Positions 38,831 through 48,052 of a stretch of DNA of 64,000 bases are shown here, piece after piece (the first letter of the stretch is position 1; every line of letters starts with the position of its first letter). Origin of the DNA: an uncultured delta proteobacterium (GTDB lineage: Bacteria; Desulfobacterota; Desulfuromonadia; Geobacterales; DSM-12255); contig CAWBBV010000001.1 of assembly GCA_963787125.1 (NCBI GenBank), forward strand, positions 224,001 to 288,000, in the 5' to 3' direction. Position numbers and translations under genes: made by a program. The notes beneath the pieces were generated by a model that worked only from the letters and a program-made list of their open reading frames with translations, did not search any database and was not told where the DNA came from.

Positions 38831-40309
38831 TTAGTGGGCACCAATGTTAACCCAGCCGTTAATACCAACTTTCAGATTGGACATCGACATTGTGCCGTAA
38901 GTACCGGCTGAGTTCGTGTCACCCAAATAAGCGCTTTTGCCAAGCAGGTCTTTGTTGTTGGAAACAGCTATGTCAGCATACATCGAACCGATACCGAAAA
39001 CGAATCCACCAGGGCCGACCAGCGCCGAACCGGACTCGGATTTGCCGGTACCGATACCGATATGAACGAAGCTAGGGCCGACTGCGGTAGCAACTGAATT
39101 GTAGAGTGAGTAGTAGTAATTTGACAGGGCTGTTTCAGTAGCAGCCTTGGCAGGATTACCGAGATATGCACCAGCGGCGGCAGCATAAGTAGCTGCGTCT
39201 GCATCAGAAATTGCTTTAGCTGCGACATACGCAGGATCTAAAACGTTGCCACCTGCAGTGAATAGTGCATTATTTGTTGCCAGCAATGAAGCAGCGTAAG
39301 TTGCGCCTTTAGTCGAAGCATCAGCTGCAAAAGGGGCGATAGTAGCCATATTGGTGGTAAAAGCTGTCGCCGCGGTAGCTACTCCTAAAGCGCTGGTGTT
39401 TACTGTTCCGACCTGGATGGAGATCGGGCCGACCATGGTCATGTCCGTGATGGCCAGATTTTTATAGCCGACATAACCTGCTGTGGTAGTAGCCGCTGCG
39501 CTTGCTGCCGATCCGGACGGACCGGTTACTGTCCCGGCCTTATTGCCCCATGACATTGATGCGGCATTAAGCTTGTCAATCTTTACATCAAGATCAAAAA
39601 CTACGCCGGAACCAGCTGCGTTAACTGCTTTCTGGCTGAGCGAATAGATATCAACTTTGCTGTTACCGTTCACTTGAACATTAAGCCCGCCAATATGGAC
39701 ATCGCCCAGCTCCTGGGAAAGATTTGCCAGAGTTGGGGCGGCTTTACCGGCTGACTGACCAAGAGCAACGGTAAAGTCGATATTTTTTGCAGCGATTTCC
39801 AGAGAGCCGAGGCCGATACGGACGTAGGTAGTACCGGCTGCTTTATTGTCTACAGCTGCTGCGGCAGTTGCAACGTCAATGGTCAGCGGATGCACAGCCA
39901 GCTTATAAGTAGGGAGCAGAGCGGCTTGAGCTGCTAAATCTGCGACGGTGTATTTACCTTTTGATGCGACTACAAAGGCCATTGCAGCAGCTGGTTTGTC
40001 TGCAACAGCGGCGTCTACATACGCTTGTGCCAGGGTTGCGAGGACGACGTCAGCCAGCATTTCCGGGCGAAGTCTGACGGTCATGTTGTCGATGGTGAAG
40101 TTTTTCATGCCGATCCAGTTTGTGTTGGCACCGTCATAATTTCCCCAGGCCATGGTGTCGGCAGTAACATCAACACGCACGTCCATGTCGATGGAGACGC
40201 CGGACTGGCCGGTTACTTTGCCCATCTCACTGTCGGAGATGGTTGACTTGGCGTATGCTGCAAACGGGATCATGGTTGCCATTGCGGCGATTGCTAATAC
40301 TTTTTTCAT
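38831..40309 (-). CDS. Secreted DUF6160/FilA-like protein, candidate major subunit
   Basis: Signal peptide then ISDSEMGKVTGQSGVSID. C-terminus NGWVNIGAH. Strong RBS (AAGGAG), own terminator and Ala-rich inserts. Confidence 0.85.
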   Translation of the reverse strand: MKKVLAIAAMATMIPFAAYAKSTISDSEMGKVTGQSGVSIDMDVRVDVTADTMAWGNYDGANTNWIGMKNFTIDNMTVRLRPEMLADVVLATLAQAYVDAAVADKPAAAMAFVVASKGKYTVADLAAQAALLPTYKLAVHPLTIDVATAAAAVDNKAAGTTYVRIGLGSLEIAAKNIDFTVALGQSAGKAAPTLANLSQELGDVHIGGLNVQVNGNSKVDIYSLSQKAVNAAGSGVVFDLDVKIDKLNAASMSWGNKAGTVTGPSGSAASAAATTTAGYVGYKNLAITDMTMVGPISIQVGTVNTSALGVATAATAFTTNMATIAPFAADASTKGATYAASLLATNNALFTAGGNVLDPAYVAAKAISDADAATYAAAAGAYLGNPAKAATETALSNYYYSLYNSVATAVGPSFVHIGIGTGKSESGSALVGPGGFVFGIGSMYADIAVSNNKDLLGKSAYLGDTNSAGTYGTMSMSNLKVGINGWVNIGAH

Positions 40310-40535
40310 TGTGCGTTCACTCCTTGTGGTTGTTTTGCCTGCAGTCAGCTGACTATCCGTACAATACGAATTTTTAAGCTTGCCGCCCCCCCGGTTGCCC
40401 CGGGCTTGCTTGTTCTGCCGGCTTGTTAATTAGTTTTTTGCAATACTCTTTATGCGTCCCTGCTAAAACCTCGCTACCTTTTAACCCGCCTGCTGATTCT
40501 CCATCACCCCCCTTAAAGAATTTATCCATATTCGG

Positions 40536-41186
40536 CTAGATCGGAGTCGCTGTCCCCATGTTGACCCAGGCTCCCTTGCGTGACGCTGACAACTCCAGCG
40601 TAAATGACAACTCAGTGTGATTGAATTGATAATTTTTAGTGCCAAGAGCAGCGCGGGAAAGGTCACTGCCGCCGACAACACCGCTAAAACTCTGAAAATT
40701 CGCTGCTACCGTCCCGGTAACATCCTTGGAGCCGATGGTAAAGCTCTGCAGCTCGCGAGTAGCTGGATTGTCGATAGTTGCCGGATTAAACACGGCCTTA
40801 ATGAAGAAACCGTTCAAGACGAGATCGTTTGCCGCTGTACCGAGCTTTACTGTTGTCCAGTTCTGGTCCCACCCCTTGCTGCCCCCGCCGGTGTTGTCCC
40901 AGTAACCCATCTTCATGGAATCAATCTCTGTATATGTGGCGGCGCGGATACCGGTGAAATCAGCCAGGGCGACACCATTAACCATGGTGAAACTGGAAAA
41001 CCCCTGGGCGACAACTGCAGAGAGCTCGGCATCGTTCATGGCCGTCATTCCCGCCCAGCCGGAGACAGGTGCAAGGAGGCAAAGAACAGTCGCAACAGCA
41101 AGGAGCGCTTGCAGCAGTCGCGGTAAAAGCGCTTTCAACGACCTGCTCCTGCCATCCTTTTTTTGAGTTCCTTTTCTAATATTCAT
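40536..41186 (-). CDS. Secreted protein with DUF6160-like leader motif
   Basis: Signal peptide then MTAMNDAELSAVVAQG. EIDSMKMGYWD...GWDQNW motif. Confidence 0.72.
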   Translation of the reverse strand: MNIRKGTQKKDGRSRSLKALLPRLLQALLAVATVLCLLAPVSGWAGMTAMNDAELSAVVAQGFSSFTMVNGVALADFTGIRAATYTEIDSMKMGYWDNTGGGSKGWDQNWTTVKLGTAANDLVLNGFFIKAVFNPATIDNPATRELQSFTIGSKDVTGTVAANFQSFSGVVGGSDLSRAALGTKNYQFNHTELSFTLELSASRKGAWVNMGTATPI

Positions 41187-41487
41187 TGCCGTCAACTCTC
41201 TTTATCGAATTACATTTTTGTAGAACATCGTTTAATCGACTTATATTCGGTAATTCTCCTCAACGTCAAGGTGAAATTTGCATTGCTACAAAAAGTTTTT
41301 TATAGTAAACGAATAGTGGCGATTAAATCCCAAGTAAAAATATCAACAAAGCGTTATAAATGGCTGAAAAATAAGGTATTACATTTATATAACTATGTTT
41401 AATTTATTTTAATTTTAATATTAGCTGTTCATATTTAGCACAATATTTATATTTTCACTGGTAAAACCTTGTTTGCTAAGGCCTCTG

Positions 41488-41566
41488 TTTTGTGTACCAG
41501 ATTCCATTTCTGGGTACCAGATTTTGAAATTTTGTTTTTTTTGTGTACCAGATTTTATTTTTGGGT
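41488..41566. promoter_or_regulatory. Repeated operator-like motif in the divergent promoter region
   Basis: GTACCAGATT at 41494, 41514 and 41545. A 28-bp imperfect direct repeat starts at 41488 and 41539. Palindrome TCTGG-GTA-CCAGA. Confidence 0.6.
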
Positions 41567-41648
41567 CGAAACAACGGAAGTTTTAAGCGGAGAACAGCAA
41601 CAATCCGGATATTGGGCTTTCCGGATTAGCCTTTCGCGGAGGGAGCAG

Positions 41649-42359
41649 ATGAAGAAAGCACACATCATTATTGAAAATCAGCTCGTTGACTCTATTTTGA
41701 CAGGAGCCTCTCTGCCCGGGGATCTCTTGCCTGGAGATCGGGAACTGGCCTTGAAGTACGGAGTAGCCAGACCGGTAGTCCGCGAAGCGTTGCAGAACAT
41801 GGCTCATTCCGGCTGGATCTCAATAAATACTCGCAAAGCAAGTTTGGTTAACAATTACTGGAGCGACGGCACCCTCGACATCCTTGCCTCTATTGCCAAG
41901 AGCAGCGAGAAATTCCCCATCGAATTGATCGCTGACCTCCTTGAAGTAAGGGCTGAACTGGCACCGGACTATGCGGCCAAAGCGATAGAAAAGGACAGCG
42001 CCCAGGTCATCGCCTGTCTGGCAAAAGCCCGCAAGCTGGGAACAAGCGGCGCAGCCTTTGCCAAGTTTGATTGGGAACTCCACCGGATGCTGTCAATTCT
42101 CTCAGGGAACAGAATCTACCCGCTGATTCTCAACAGTTTTGCCAATCTCTATTTCAAGATGCGCGGTCAGTTTTTCTCGGCAGAAGATTACCGGGAAATA
42201 TCAAGGGTCTATTATCAGAAGCTGTTAAAGGCGGCAATCGATGAAAATATCCAGGACGCGCGCCAGATAACCCGCACAGCCATGCTGCAAAGAGTTCACC
42301 TTTTCCGCCGCCAGATAGAGGCAAGGAAAAATGAGCCCCGGGAAGAAGACACTCCATGA
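41649..42359 (+). CDS. fadR: FadR-type (acyl-CoA responsive) GntR regulator
   Basis: VNNYW..GTLDIL..IA and SGN.IY.LILN....LY match E. coli FadR segments as recalled. ATG at 41649. Confidence 0.78.
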   Translation: MKKAHIIIENQLVDSILTGASLPGDLLPGDRELALKYGVARPVVREALQNMAHSGWISINTRKASLVNNYWSDGTLDILASIAKSSEKFPIELIADLLEVRAELAPDYAAKAIEKDSAQVIACLAKARKLGTSGAAFAKFDWELHRMLSILSGNRIYPLILNSFANLYFKMRGQFFSAEDYREISRVYYQKLLKAAIDENIQDARQITRTAMLQRVHLFRRQIEARKNEPREEDTP

Positions 42360-43726
42360 AAACCTTCTTAACAGCTGCCATAACTTTATTGCTCGTTACG
42401 CTTGCCATCTCTGCCCCGGTTTTGGCCGCATACGAGCCTGGGAGCATAACACTGCTGCCGACCGCCGGCTTCTCCAGTTTTGATAAAAGTTCCAAACTGA
42501 AAAACAGCCCGACCGTCAACCTGAAAGCAGATTACGGCCTCTCAAAACTGGATATTGGCAATCTCGGCATCGAAGGGGCAATCAGCGGCGGCAAGATTCG
42601 GTCAACAGACGGAGAGCAGAACGCCGATACCTATCTCTTCAGAGTCGGCCCGTTCCTATCCCTGGAATCTTTTGAGGGGATCACGCCGATTTTGGCCGCC
42701 GGTTTCGGCCTGTTTACTACCAGGCAAACGATAAATTCCGTTACCGGAACAAACCCCTACATCTCCTTCAGCGCGGGCGCCAGTTATCAGCTTGCCAAGA
42801 GCATCATGCTCAGAGGCGATGTCAGCCGCTTGATGTCGCTGGACACCAATGCTATCAAGGGGCTATCTTTTACCGTCAGCCTTGGTTATAGCTTTGACAC
42901 CCCGCCGCCGGTCTTTGTCCCTGTCCACCCGGAAAACTGCGCTGACAAAGCGGCTGCCGCAGCAGTGGCTAAACAGGCAAAGGCGCCTGCAGCAGTACCG
43001 GTAGAACTGCTGCAGGCGCCGCAGGCGGGTACGGTTGAGGTTACTTCAGCGGCCCGCGATAATAAAACTGAAGAATCCATAGAAACACCTGTTGCTGCAC
43101 CTGTTGCTGCACCTGTTGCTGCACCTGTTGCTGCACCTGTTGCTGCACCTGTTGCTGCACCTGTTGCTGCACCTGTTGCTGCACCTGTTGCTGCACCTGT
43201 TGCTGCACCTGTTGCTGCTCCTGTTGCTGCTCCTGTTGCTGCTCCTGTTGCTGCTCCTGTTGCTGCTCCTGTTGCTGCTCCTGCTCTACCTCTACCTCTA
43301 CCTTTATCCGCAGTCACGGCACCGCCGCCTTCATACCCGGCGGCTCCTGTTCCCCCCGTTATTATCAGCGGCTTTGCCTTCAACTCATACGACCTGCCTC
43401 CGGGCAGTTTCAAGAAGCTCAAAAAGGTAGGCAAGTTGGCACGCCGCTACCCCGGCATCACCATCCTGATTGATGCTGTGCCTGTGAGCAAAGTGCCAAA
43501 GCCGAAAACCAACCGGCGCTTTGCTGTGCTGCGGCTGCAGACAGTCAAAAATTACCTGGTGAAATATGAGCAGATCGCTCCGGAAAGGATTATCAGTACC
43601 GGTGAGGACATCTCCGTGTTGCAACCTGTTAACAGGGGCGATCCGCGCAGTGAGGATACCCGGCGGACCGTAGTGATCAGGTTTGCGCAGGAACAGCCGC
43701 CGGTGAGCACTGAGGAGGACGAATGA
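42356..43726 (+). CDS. OmpA-like protein: N-terminal beta-barrel, (PVAA)16 linker, degenerate OmpA C-terminal domain
   Basis: Signal peptide, barrel strands ending ..SLGYSF, then F.FNS..L, N..FA..R...VK.YL and RR.V.I. Confidence 0.75.
   Translation: MKTFLTAAITLLLVTLAISAPVLAAYEPGSITLLPTAGFSSFDKSSKLKNSPTVNLKADYGLSKLDIGNLGIEGAISGGKIRSTDGEQNADTYLFRVGPFLSLESFEGITPILAAGFGLFTTRQTINSVTGTNPYISFSAGASYQLAKSIMLRGDVSRLMSLDTNAIKGLSFTVSLGYSFDTPPPVFVPVHPENCADKAAAAAVAKQAKAPAAVPVELLQAPQAGTVEVTSAARDNKTEESIETPVAAPVAAPVAAPVAAPVAAPVAAPVAAPVAAPVAAPVAAPVAAPVAAPVAAPVAAPVAAPVAAPALPLPLPLSAVTAPPPSYPAAPVPPVIISGFAFNSYDLPPGSFKKLKKVGKLARRYPGITILIDAVPVSKVPKPKTNRRFAVLRLQTVKNYLVKYEQIAPERIISTGEDISVLQPVNRGDPRSEDTRRTVVIRFAQEQPPVSTEEDE
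43088..43279 (+). repeat. 12-bp tandem repeat, 16 copies
   Basis: 10 x CCTGTTGCTGCA then 6 x CCTGTTGCTGCT. Confidence 0.98.
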
Positions 43727-44226
43727 AATTTCTCAGCAGACTCGATCGCTGGTTTGAAGTTGGTGAAGGGTGCGCCCTGATCATCATCCTTTTTGCCATG
43801 ATCTGCATCGCCTTTTTACAGGTGCTGCTGCGCAACTTCTTTCACACTGCTCTCCCCTGGGGTGATGGCCTCACCCGCGCCCTGGTGCTCTGGGCTGGCT
43901 TTGTCGGTGCTTCACTGGCTGTGCGTCAGGGACGCTTCCTCAGTATCGACGTGCTGAGCCGACGCCTCGGGGCGGCCTGGCAGCGGCGCACCAGGCTGCT
44001 GATCTACCTGTATGCAGCGCTCGTCAGCTTTTTCCTCGGCTGGGGCGGGGTTACCTTTGTCCGTAGCGAGCTGGCCGCCATGACCATGACCTCTATCGGC
44101 CTGCCGAACTGGATCATTACCAGCATTATCCCGGCGACGTTTTTCCTGCTCTGCTTCCGTTTTTCCATGAAAACCGCTGCCCTGCTCCTGGGGGGGGAAC
44201 TGGAGAAACATGAATGGGAACGCTGA
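43723..44226 (+). CDS. dctQ: TRAP transporter small permease
   Basis: Four TM segments. QVLLRN.F...W...L.R.LVLW.GF.GASLA motif. Confidence 0.9.
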   Translation: MKFLSRLDRWFEVGEGCALIIILFAMICIAFLQVLLRNFFHTALPWGDGLTRALVLWAGFVGASLAVRQGRFLSIDVLSRRLGAAWQRRTRLLIYLYAALVSFFLGWGGVTFVRSELAAMTMTSIGLPNWIITSIIPATFFLLCFRFSMKTAALLLGGELEKHEWER

Positions 44227-44229
44227 TCG
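44179..44229 (+). repeat. 51-bp direct repeat, copy 1 (copy 2 at 45860-45910)
   Basis: 44/51 identical by manual alignment. Corresponds to the dctQ-end/dctM-start overlap. Confidence 0.9.
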
Positions 44230-44299
44230 CCCTTTATTCAGAGCGTCTGTCAGTTCGGATAAACAAATTCCTATCTTTTCAATAAAGGAGTTCAACATC

Positions 44300-45100
44300 A
44301 TGAAACTTTTTACCAAAGGCTCTATCACTGTTTTTATTTCTGTACTGCTTAGTCTTGCATTTGCTCCCTTGTCCTATGCTGACTTTATTTTGAACGTCTG
44401 CTGTTCGTCGCAGGTATCCGAAGCTTTCGGCCGCGAAAGCCTTGAATCTTTCATGGCAGAAAACGGAATTCAGGTGAAAATCCATACATCGAACACTGAA
44501 GTCTGCCTCGATCGACTGAAAAACAGTTTTTCCAATCTGGCTGGTTCCGCGGTGCGAATTAGTCAGGCGGATAGAGAGGCCGGGCTGATTGAAATCCCCA
44601 TAGGTTCAGATGCCTTTTCAGTAATTACAAATGCCGGCAATAAAGTGAAAAACCTGTCTTTACAGCAACTTCGTGAAATTTTCAGGGCAAAGATAACCAA
44701 CTGGAAAGATGTGGGCGGTGATGACCAGCCCATTATCCTGATTATTCCTGCGAAAACAACCGATGCGTATAAAAACTTCCAACAACTGGTCATGGGACCA
44801 AATGAAATGCAGCATGACCTGATTGCCAGCATGGCAGTTACCGCTGTTACCAGCGTTAAATTCATCCCGGGTTCCATTTCCTTTATCACCAACAGTATTG
44901 CCCTTAAGCATAAGGAAGTTACTGTTCTCAGCCTTGACGGGCTCCATTCGGCGGATACCGGCTATCCTTATCATCAGACCTTCTCCATGATTCTCAAGGG
45001 GGAGCCCGACCCCATAATGAAGGGAGTTATTAATTATCTGCTGTCGGATAAGGCAAGGAAGCGGATGACGCTTCGCGGCATGAAACCCATTATTAACTAA
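44300..45100 (+). CDS. PstS-like periplasmic binding protein
   Basis: I..DA...I....N.V.NLS..QL.EIF...ITNWKDVGG.D.PI motif. Signal peptide. Confidence 0.85.
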   Translation: MKLFTKGSITVFISVLLSLAFAPLSYADFILNVCCSSQVSEAFGRESLESFMAENGIQVKIHTSNTEVCLDRLKNSFSNLAGSAVRISQADREAGLIEIPIGSDAFSVITNAGNKVKNLSLQQLREIFRAKITNWKDVGGDDQPIILIIPAKTTDAYKNFQQLVMGPNEMQHDLIASMAVTAVTSVKFIPGSISFITNSIALKHKEVTVLSLDGLHSADTGYPYHQTFSMILKGEPDPIMKGVINYLLSDKARKRMTLRGMKPIIN

Positions 45101-45123
45101 AATCTATAAAGAGGATTACCGCC

Positions 45124-45738
45124 GTGACTTTGAGAAATCTATCGATCTTCATACTCTGTTGTACGTCTCTTTTTTCAAGCGGCTGCGCCACAGTTGTCAC
45201 AAACTATTTCCCCATTAAGATTACGGAAACCAAACAGGGGGAGAAAGTCATTGATACGCGGGTGGGGTACAACTATTCCCTGAAGGAGACAAAAGACTCT
45301 CTTGTTCTGCTCCGGCAACCACTTTGCAGCCAGAAAATCAAACTTATAACAATGGAAAAGAACATGGTGCATGGCGATGTTTTTGCGCTGCTGGAAATTC
45401 CTATTCTGGGACTTGGGTTTCTTGATATGTCCATGGCAGAAGCTGCCTCCAAGGCAACAGAGAAAGAAAGCGACGGTGGAACTATCAAAAGCAGCGAAAT
45501 TATCGCCTGCGGCACTATAGACCCGGGAGCGAATATTGAATTGATCCTGGGATTCCCCGAAAGTATTTCCTTAAGTCGTGTCAAGACAGATGACCAGGGG
45601 AAAATTCCTTTTTCAGCCATCAATAATCTTTCCAAAAAGGATTCCCAATATATCGTTTTCGTCAAAGAGAAAGATGGGGTTTCTTATGTCCAAACCGTTG
45701 AGCGAAAAGATATCACCTCGATTCTCAATCAAAGATGA
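45124..45738 (+). CDS. Hypothetical lipoprotein
   Basis: GAGG RBS, GTG start, lipobox FSSGC. AT-richer. Confidence 0.7.
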   Translation: MTLRNLSIFILCCTSLFSSGCATVVTNYFPIKITETKQGEKVIDTRVGYNYSLKETKDSLVLLRQPLCSQKIKLITMEKNMVHGDVFALLEIPILGLGFLDMSMAEAASKATEKESDGGTIKSSEIIACGTIDPGANIELILGFPESISLSRVKTDDQGKIPFSAINNLSKKDSQYIVFVKEKDGVSYVQTVERKDITSILNQR

Positions 45739-45894
45739 CTCAAGGCGGCGAGGCGACGAAGGCTTCATAACTTGAAGGAAGATCGAACTTGGGAAATTGA
45801 GCGAACCTATGAAGTATTTACACACACTCGACAGGTGGAGAGCTGCTACTAAAGAGTGCGCCCTGCTGTTCGGGTGGCAACTGGAGAAACACGC

Positions 45895-47169
45895 ATGGGA
45901 ACGCTGATCGGTCTATTCATAGTTGTTCTGGCGCTCCTGGGGGCACCGCTGTTCACCATTTTTGGCGGGGCCGGACTCTGGCTGTTCCATGATGCCGGCA
46001 TCGATATTTCCGCGGTTATTGTGGAGATGCACCGCATCACCACCCTGCCGATGCTGGTTGCCATCCCGCTCTTCATCTTTGCCGGCTACCTGCTGGCCGA
46101 AAGCAAAGCGCCCCAGCGGATCGTCAGATTCTCCCGGGCCCTGGTCGGCTGGCTCCCCGGCGGCCTGGCCATTGCGGCGCTGCTGGTCTCGGCCTTTTTC
46201 ACCGCCTTTACCGGCGCTTCCGGGGTGACGATCATTGCCGTCGGCGGCCTGCTGCTACCGGTGCTCATCGCCGAAGGCTACTCAGAGAAGTTCAGTATCG
46301 GCCTCCTCACCACCTCGGGGAGTATCGGCCTTCTCTTCCCCCCCAGTCTGCCGATCATCATCTATGGACTGGTGGCCAATACCAGCATCGACAAACTCTT
46401 CATTGCCGGCCTCCTCCCAGGCGTTTTCACTATCCTCCTTTTGGCTGGCTACTGCATTTACACCGCCTGGAGCAAAGGGATCGAGCGTACCCCCTTCTCG
46501 GCAAGCGAGCTTTGGGGGGCTACCAGGGAGTTTGCCTGGGAGTTACCGCTGCCGGTCGTTGTCATCGGCGGCATCTACAGCGGCATCATCACCGCCACGG
46601 AAGCCGCGGCAATCACCGCCTTCTACGCCTTTGTCGTCGAAGTCTTCATTCACCGCGACTTGAGCCTGCGCCGGGACATCCCCCGGGTCATGCGGGACAG
46701 CATGATCATGGACGGCGGTATTATCGTTATCCTCGGTACCGTGCTCGGCTTTACCAACTACGTAGTTGACGCCCAGCTGCCGTCCCAGCTCCTGGAGATG
46801 GTGCGCGGTTTTATGACCGACCGCATCGTGTTCCTGCTCCTTTTGAATCTGCTGCTCCTCATCGGCGGCTGCCTCCTGGATATGCTCTCGGCCATCATGC
46901 TGGTGCCGCTCCTCCTCCCCATTGCCGCCGAATTCGGAATTGAGCCGGTGCACCTGGGGATCATCTATCTGGCTAATCTGGAGATCGGCTACTCGACGCC
47001 GCCAGCCGGGCTTAACCTCTTTATTGCCAGCTTTCGCTTCAAAAAACCGATCGTCGCCCTGTACGGTTCAGCACTCCCTTTTCTCGCCTTCTACCTGGTC
47101 GCCCTGATTGTCATCACCTACTGGCCGGCGCTCAGCCTCATTCTGCTGCACATCTACGGGGGACCATAG
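45895..47169 (+). CDS. dctM: TRAP transporter large permease
   Basis: LVAIPLF..AG, FTAFTGASGVTI, G.L.PPS and NLEIGY.TPP.G.NLF motifs. Confidence 0.95.
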   Translation: MGTLIGLFIVVLALLGAPLFTIFGGAGLWLFHDAGIDISAVIVEMHRITTLPMLVAIPLFIFAGYLLAESKAPQRIVRFSRALVGWLPGGLAIAALLVSAFFTAFTGASGVTIIAVGGLLLPVLIAEGYSEKFSIGLLTTSGSIGLLFPPSLPIIIYGLVANTSIDKLFIAGLLPGVFTILLLAGYCIYTAWSKGIERTPFSASELWGATREFAWELPLPVVVIGGIYSGIITATEAAAITAFYAFVVEVFIHRDLSLRRDIPRVMRDSMIMDGGIIVILGTVLGFTNYVVDAQLPSQLLEMVRGFMTDRIVFLLLLNLLLLIGGCLLDMLSAIMLVPLLLPIAAEFGIEPVHLGIIYLANLEIGYSTPPAGLNLFIASFRFKKPIVALYGSALPFLAFYLVALIVITYWPALSLILLHIYGGP

Positions 47170-47170
47170 C

Positions 47171-48052
47171 GTGAAGTTTTTCACCGGGCAGTGGCAGATT
47201 GCCATTCTCTGCATCCTGAGTATAAGCGGTTGCTCCCTGAACCGCCTGGCTGCCGACAAGGCCGCCGGACTGATGATTGAAGCCGGCCGCACCTTTAATG
47301 AAGAGTCCGATCTCCAACTGGCCCAAGAGACCATCCCCCCAAATCTGAAGCTCCTGGAAGGGCTGCTCAAACTGACTCCGGACAATGCGTCGCTGCTGAC
47401 TACCCTGGCTCAAGGGTGGTGCTCCTACAGCTACGGCTTTCTGGAGGAGTCTGCCACACCGGGTGACCGGGAACGAGCCTCGGCGTTCCATCTGCGCGGC
47501 TATGAATTCGCTCTCAGGGCACTGCCGGAGGCGGTGCGCACCAGTATCAGACGTGGGGATCAGGCTGAGCTTGAGGCGGCCATTGCCACTGTCGGCAAAG
47601 AAGATATCGCCCCGCTTTTCTGGTCAGCCTACTGTCTCGGCAACTGGGTCAACCTCAATCTGGCCGAGGTGGCCGGCGTGGCTGAACTCTCCAGAGCGGA
47701 GCTGCTGATGCGCCGGGCAGCGGCCCTTGACGACACCTTTTTCTATGGCGCCCCCCACATCTTTTACGGCTTTTACTACGGCGCCCGGCCGAAGCTTTTT
47801 GGCGGCGATCCCGCCAAAGCAAAAGAGCATCTCCTCAAAAGCATGGCCATCAGCGAAAACCGCTTTCTCCCGGCCAAGCTCTTTTTGGCCCAGGTTTATG
47901 CCGTTGCTGTCCAGGATGAGCAGCTCTTTGACGACACGCTCAAGGAGATCATCGCCGCCCCTGCCGACCTCTTCCCCCGGGAGCGGCTTGCCAACGAAAT
48001 TGCCCGTAAACGGGCAGAACAGCTACTTAAACGGAAAGCGGAGCTATTTTAA
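47171..48052 (+). CDS. tatT: TRAP-associated TPR lipoprotein (TatT component of a TPAT system)
   Basis: Lipobox ISGC. E.D..LA....P..LKLLEGL and RP..FGGD..KA..H motifs. Lies between dctM and dctP. Confidence 0.88.
   Translation: MKFFTGQWQIAILCILSISGCSLNRLAADKAAGLMIEAGRTFNEESDLQLAQETIPPNLKLLEGLLKLTPDNASLLTTLAQGWCSYSYGFLEESATPGDRERASAFHLRGYEFALRALPEAVRTSIRRGDQAELEAAIATVGKEDIAPLFWSAYCLGNWVNLNLAEVAGVAELSRAELLMRRAAALDDTFFYGAPHIFYGFYYGARPKLFGGDPAKAKEHLLKSMAISENRFLPAKLFLAQVYAVAVQDEQLFDDTLKEIIAAPADLFPRERLANEIARKRAEQLLKRKAELF

Noticed and set aside
40330..40500. Possible cyclic-di-nucleotide (GEMM) riboswitch upstream of the major subunit gene (GGGACGCATAAAG on minus)
   Set aside because: Only a partial word match. 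I could not build the P2/P3 stems or the GNRA/receptor pair.
43088..43279. CRISPR-like repetition
   Set aside because: No spacers. It is a coding tandem repeat, and no cas genes or arrays were seen in the window.
43092..43430. Poly-Leu/His ORF and the antisense (GAAT)n ORF 42886-43434
   Set aside because: Alternative-frame shadows of the 12-bp repeat inside the OmpA-like gene.
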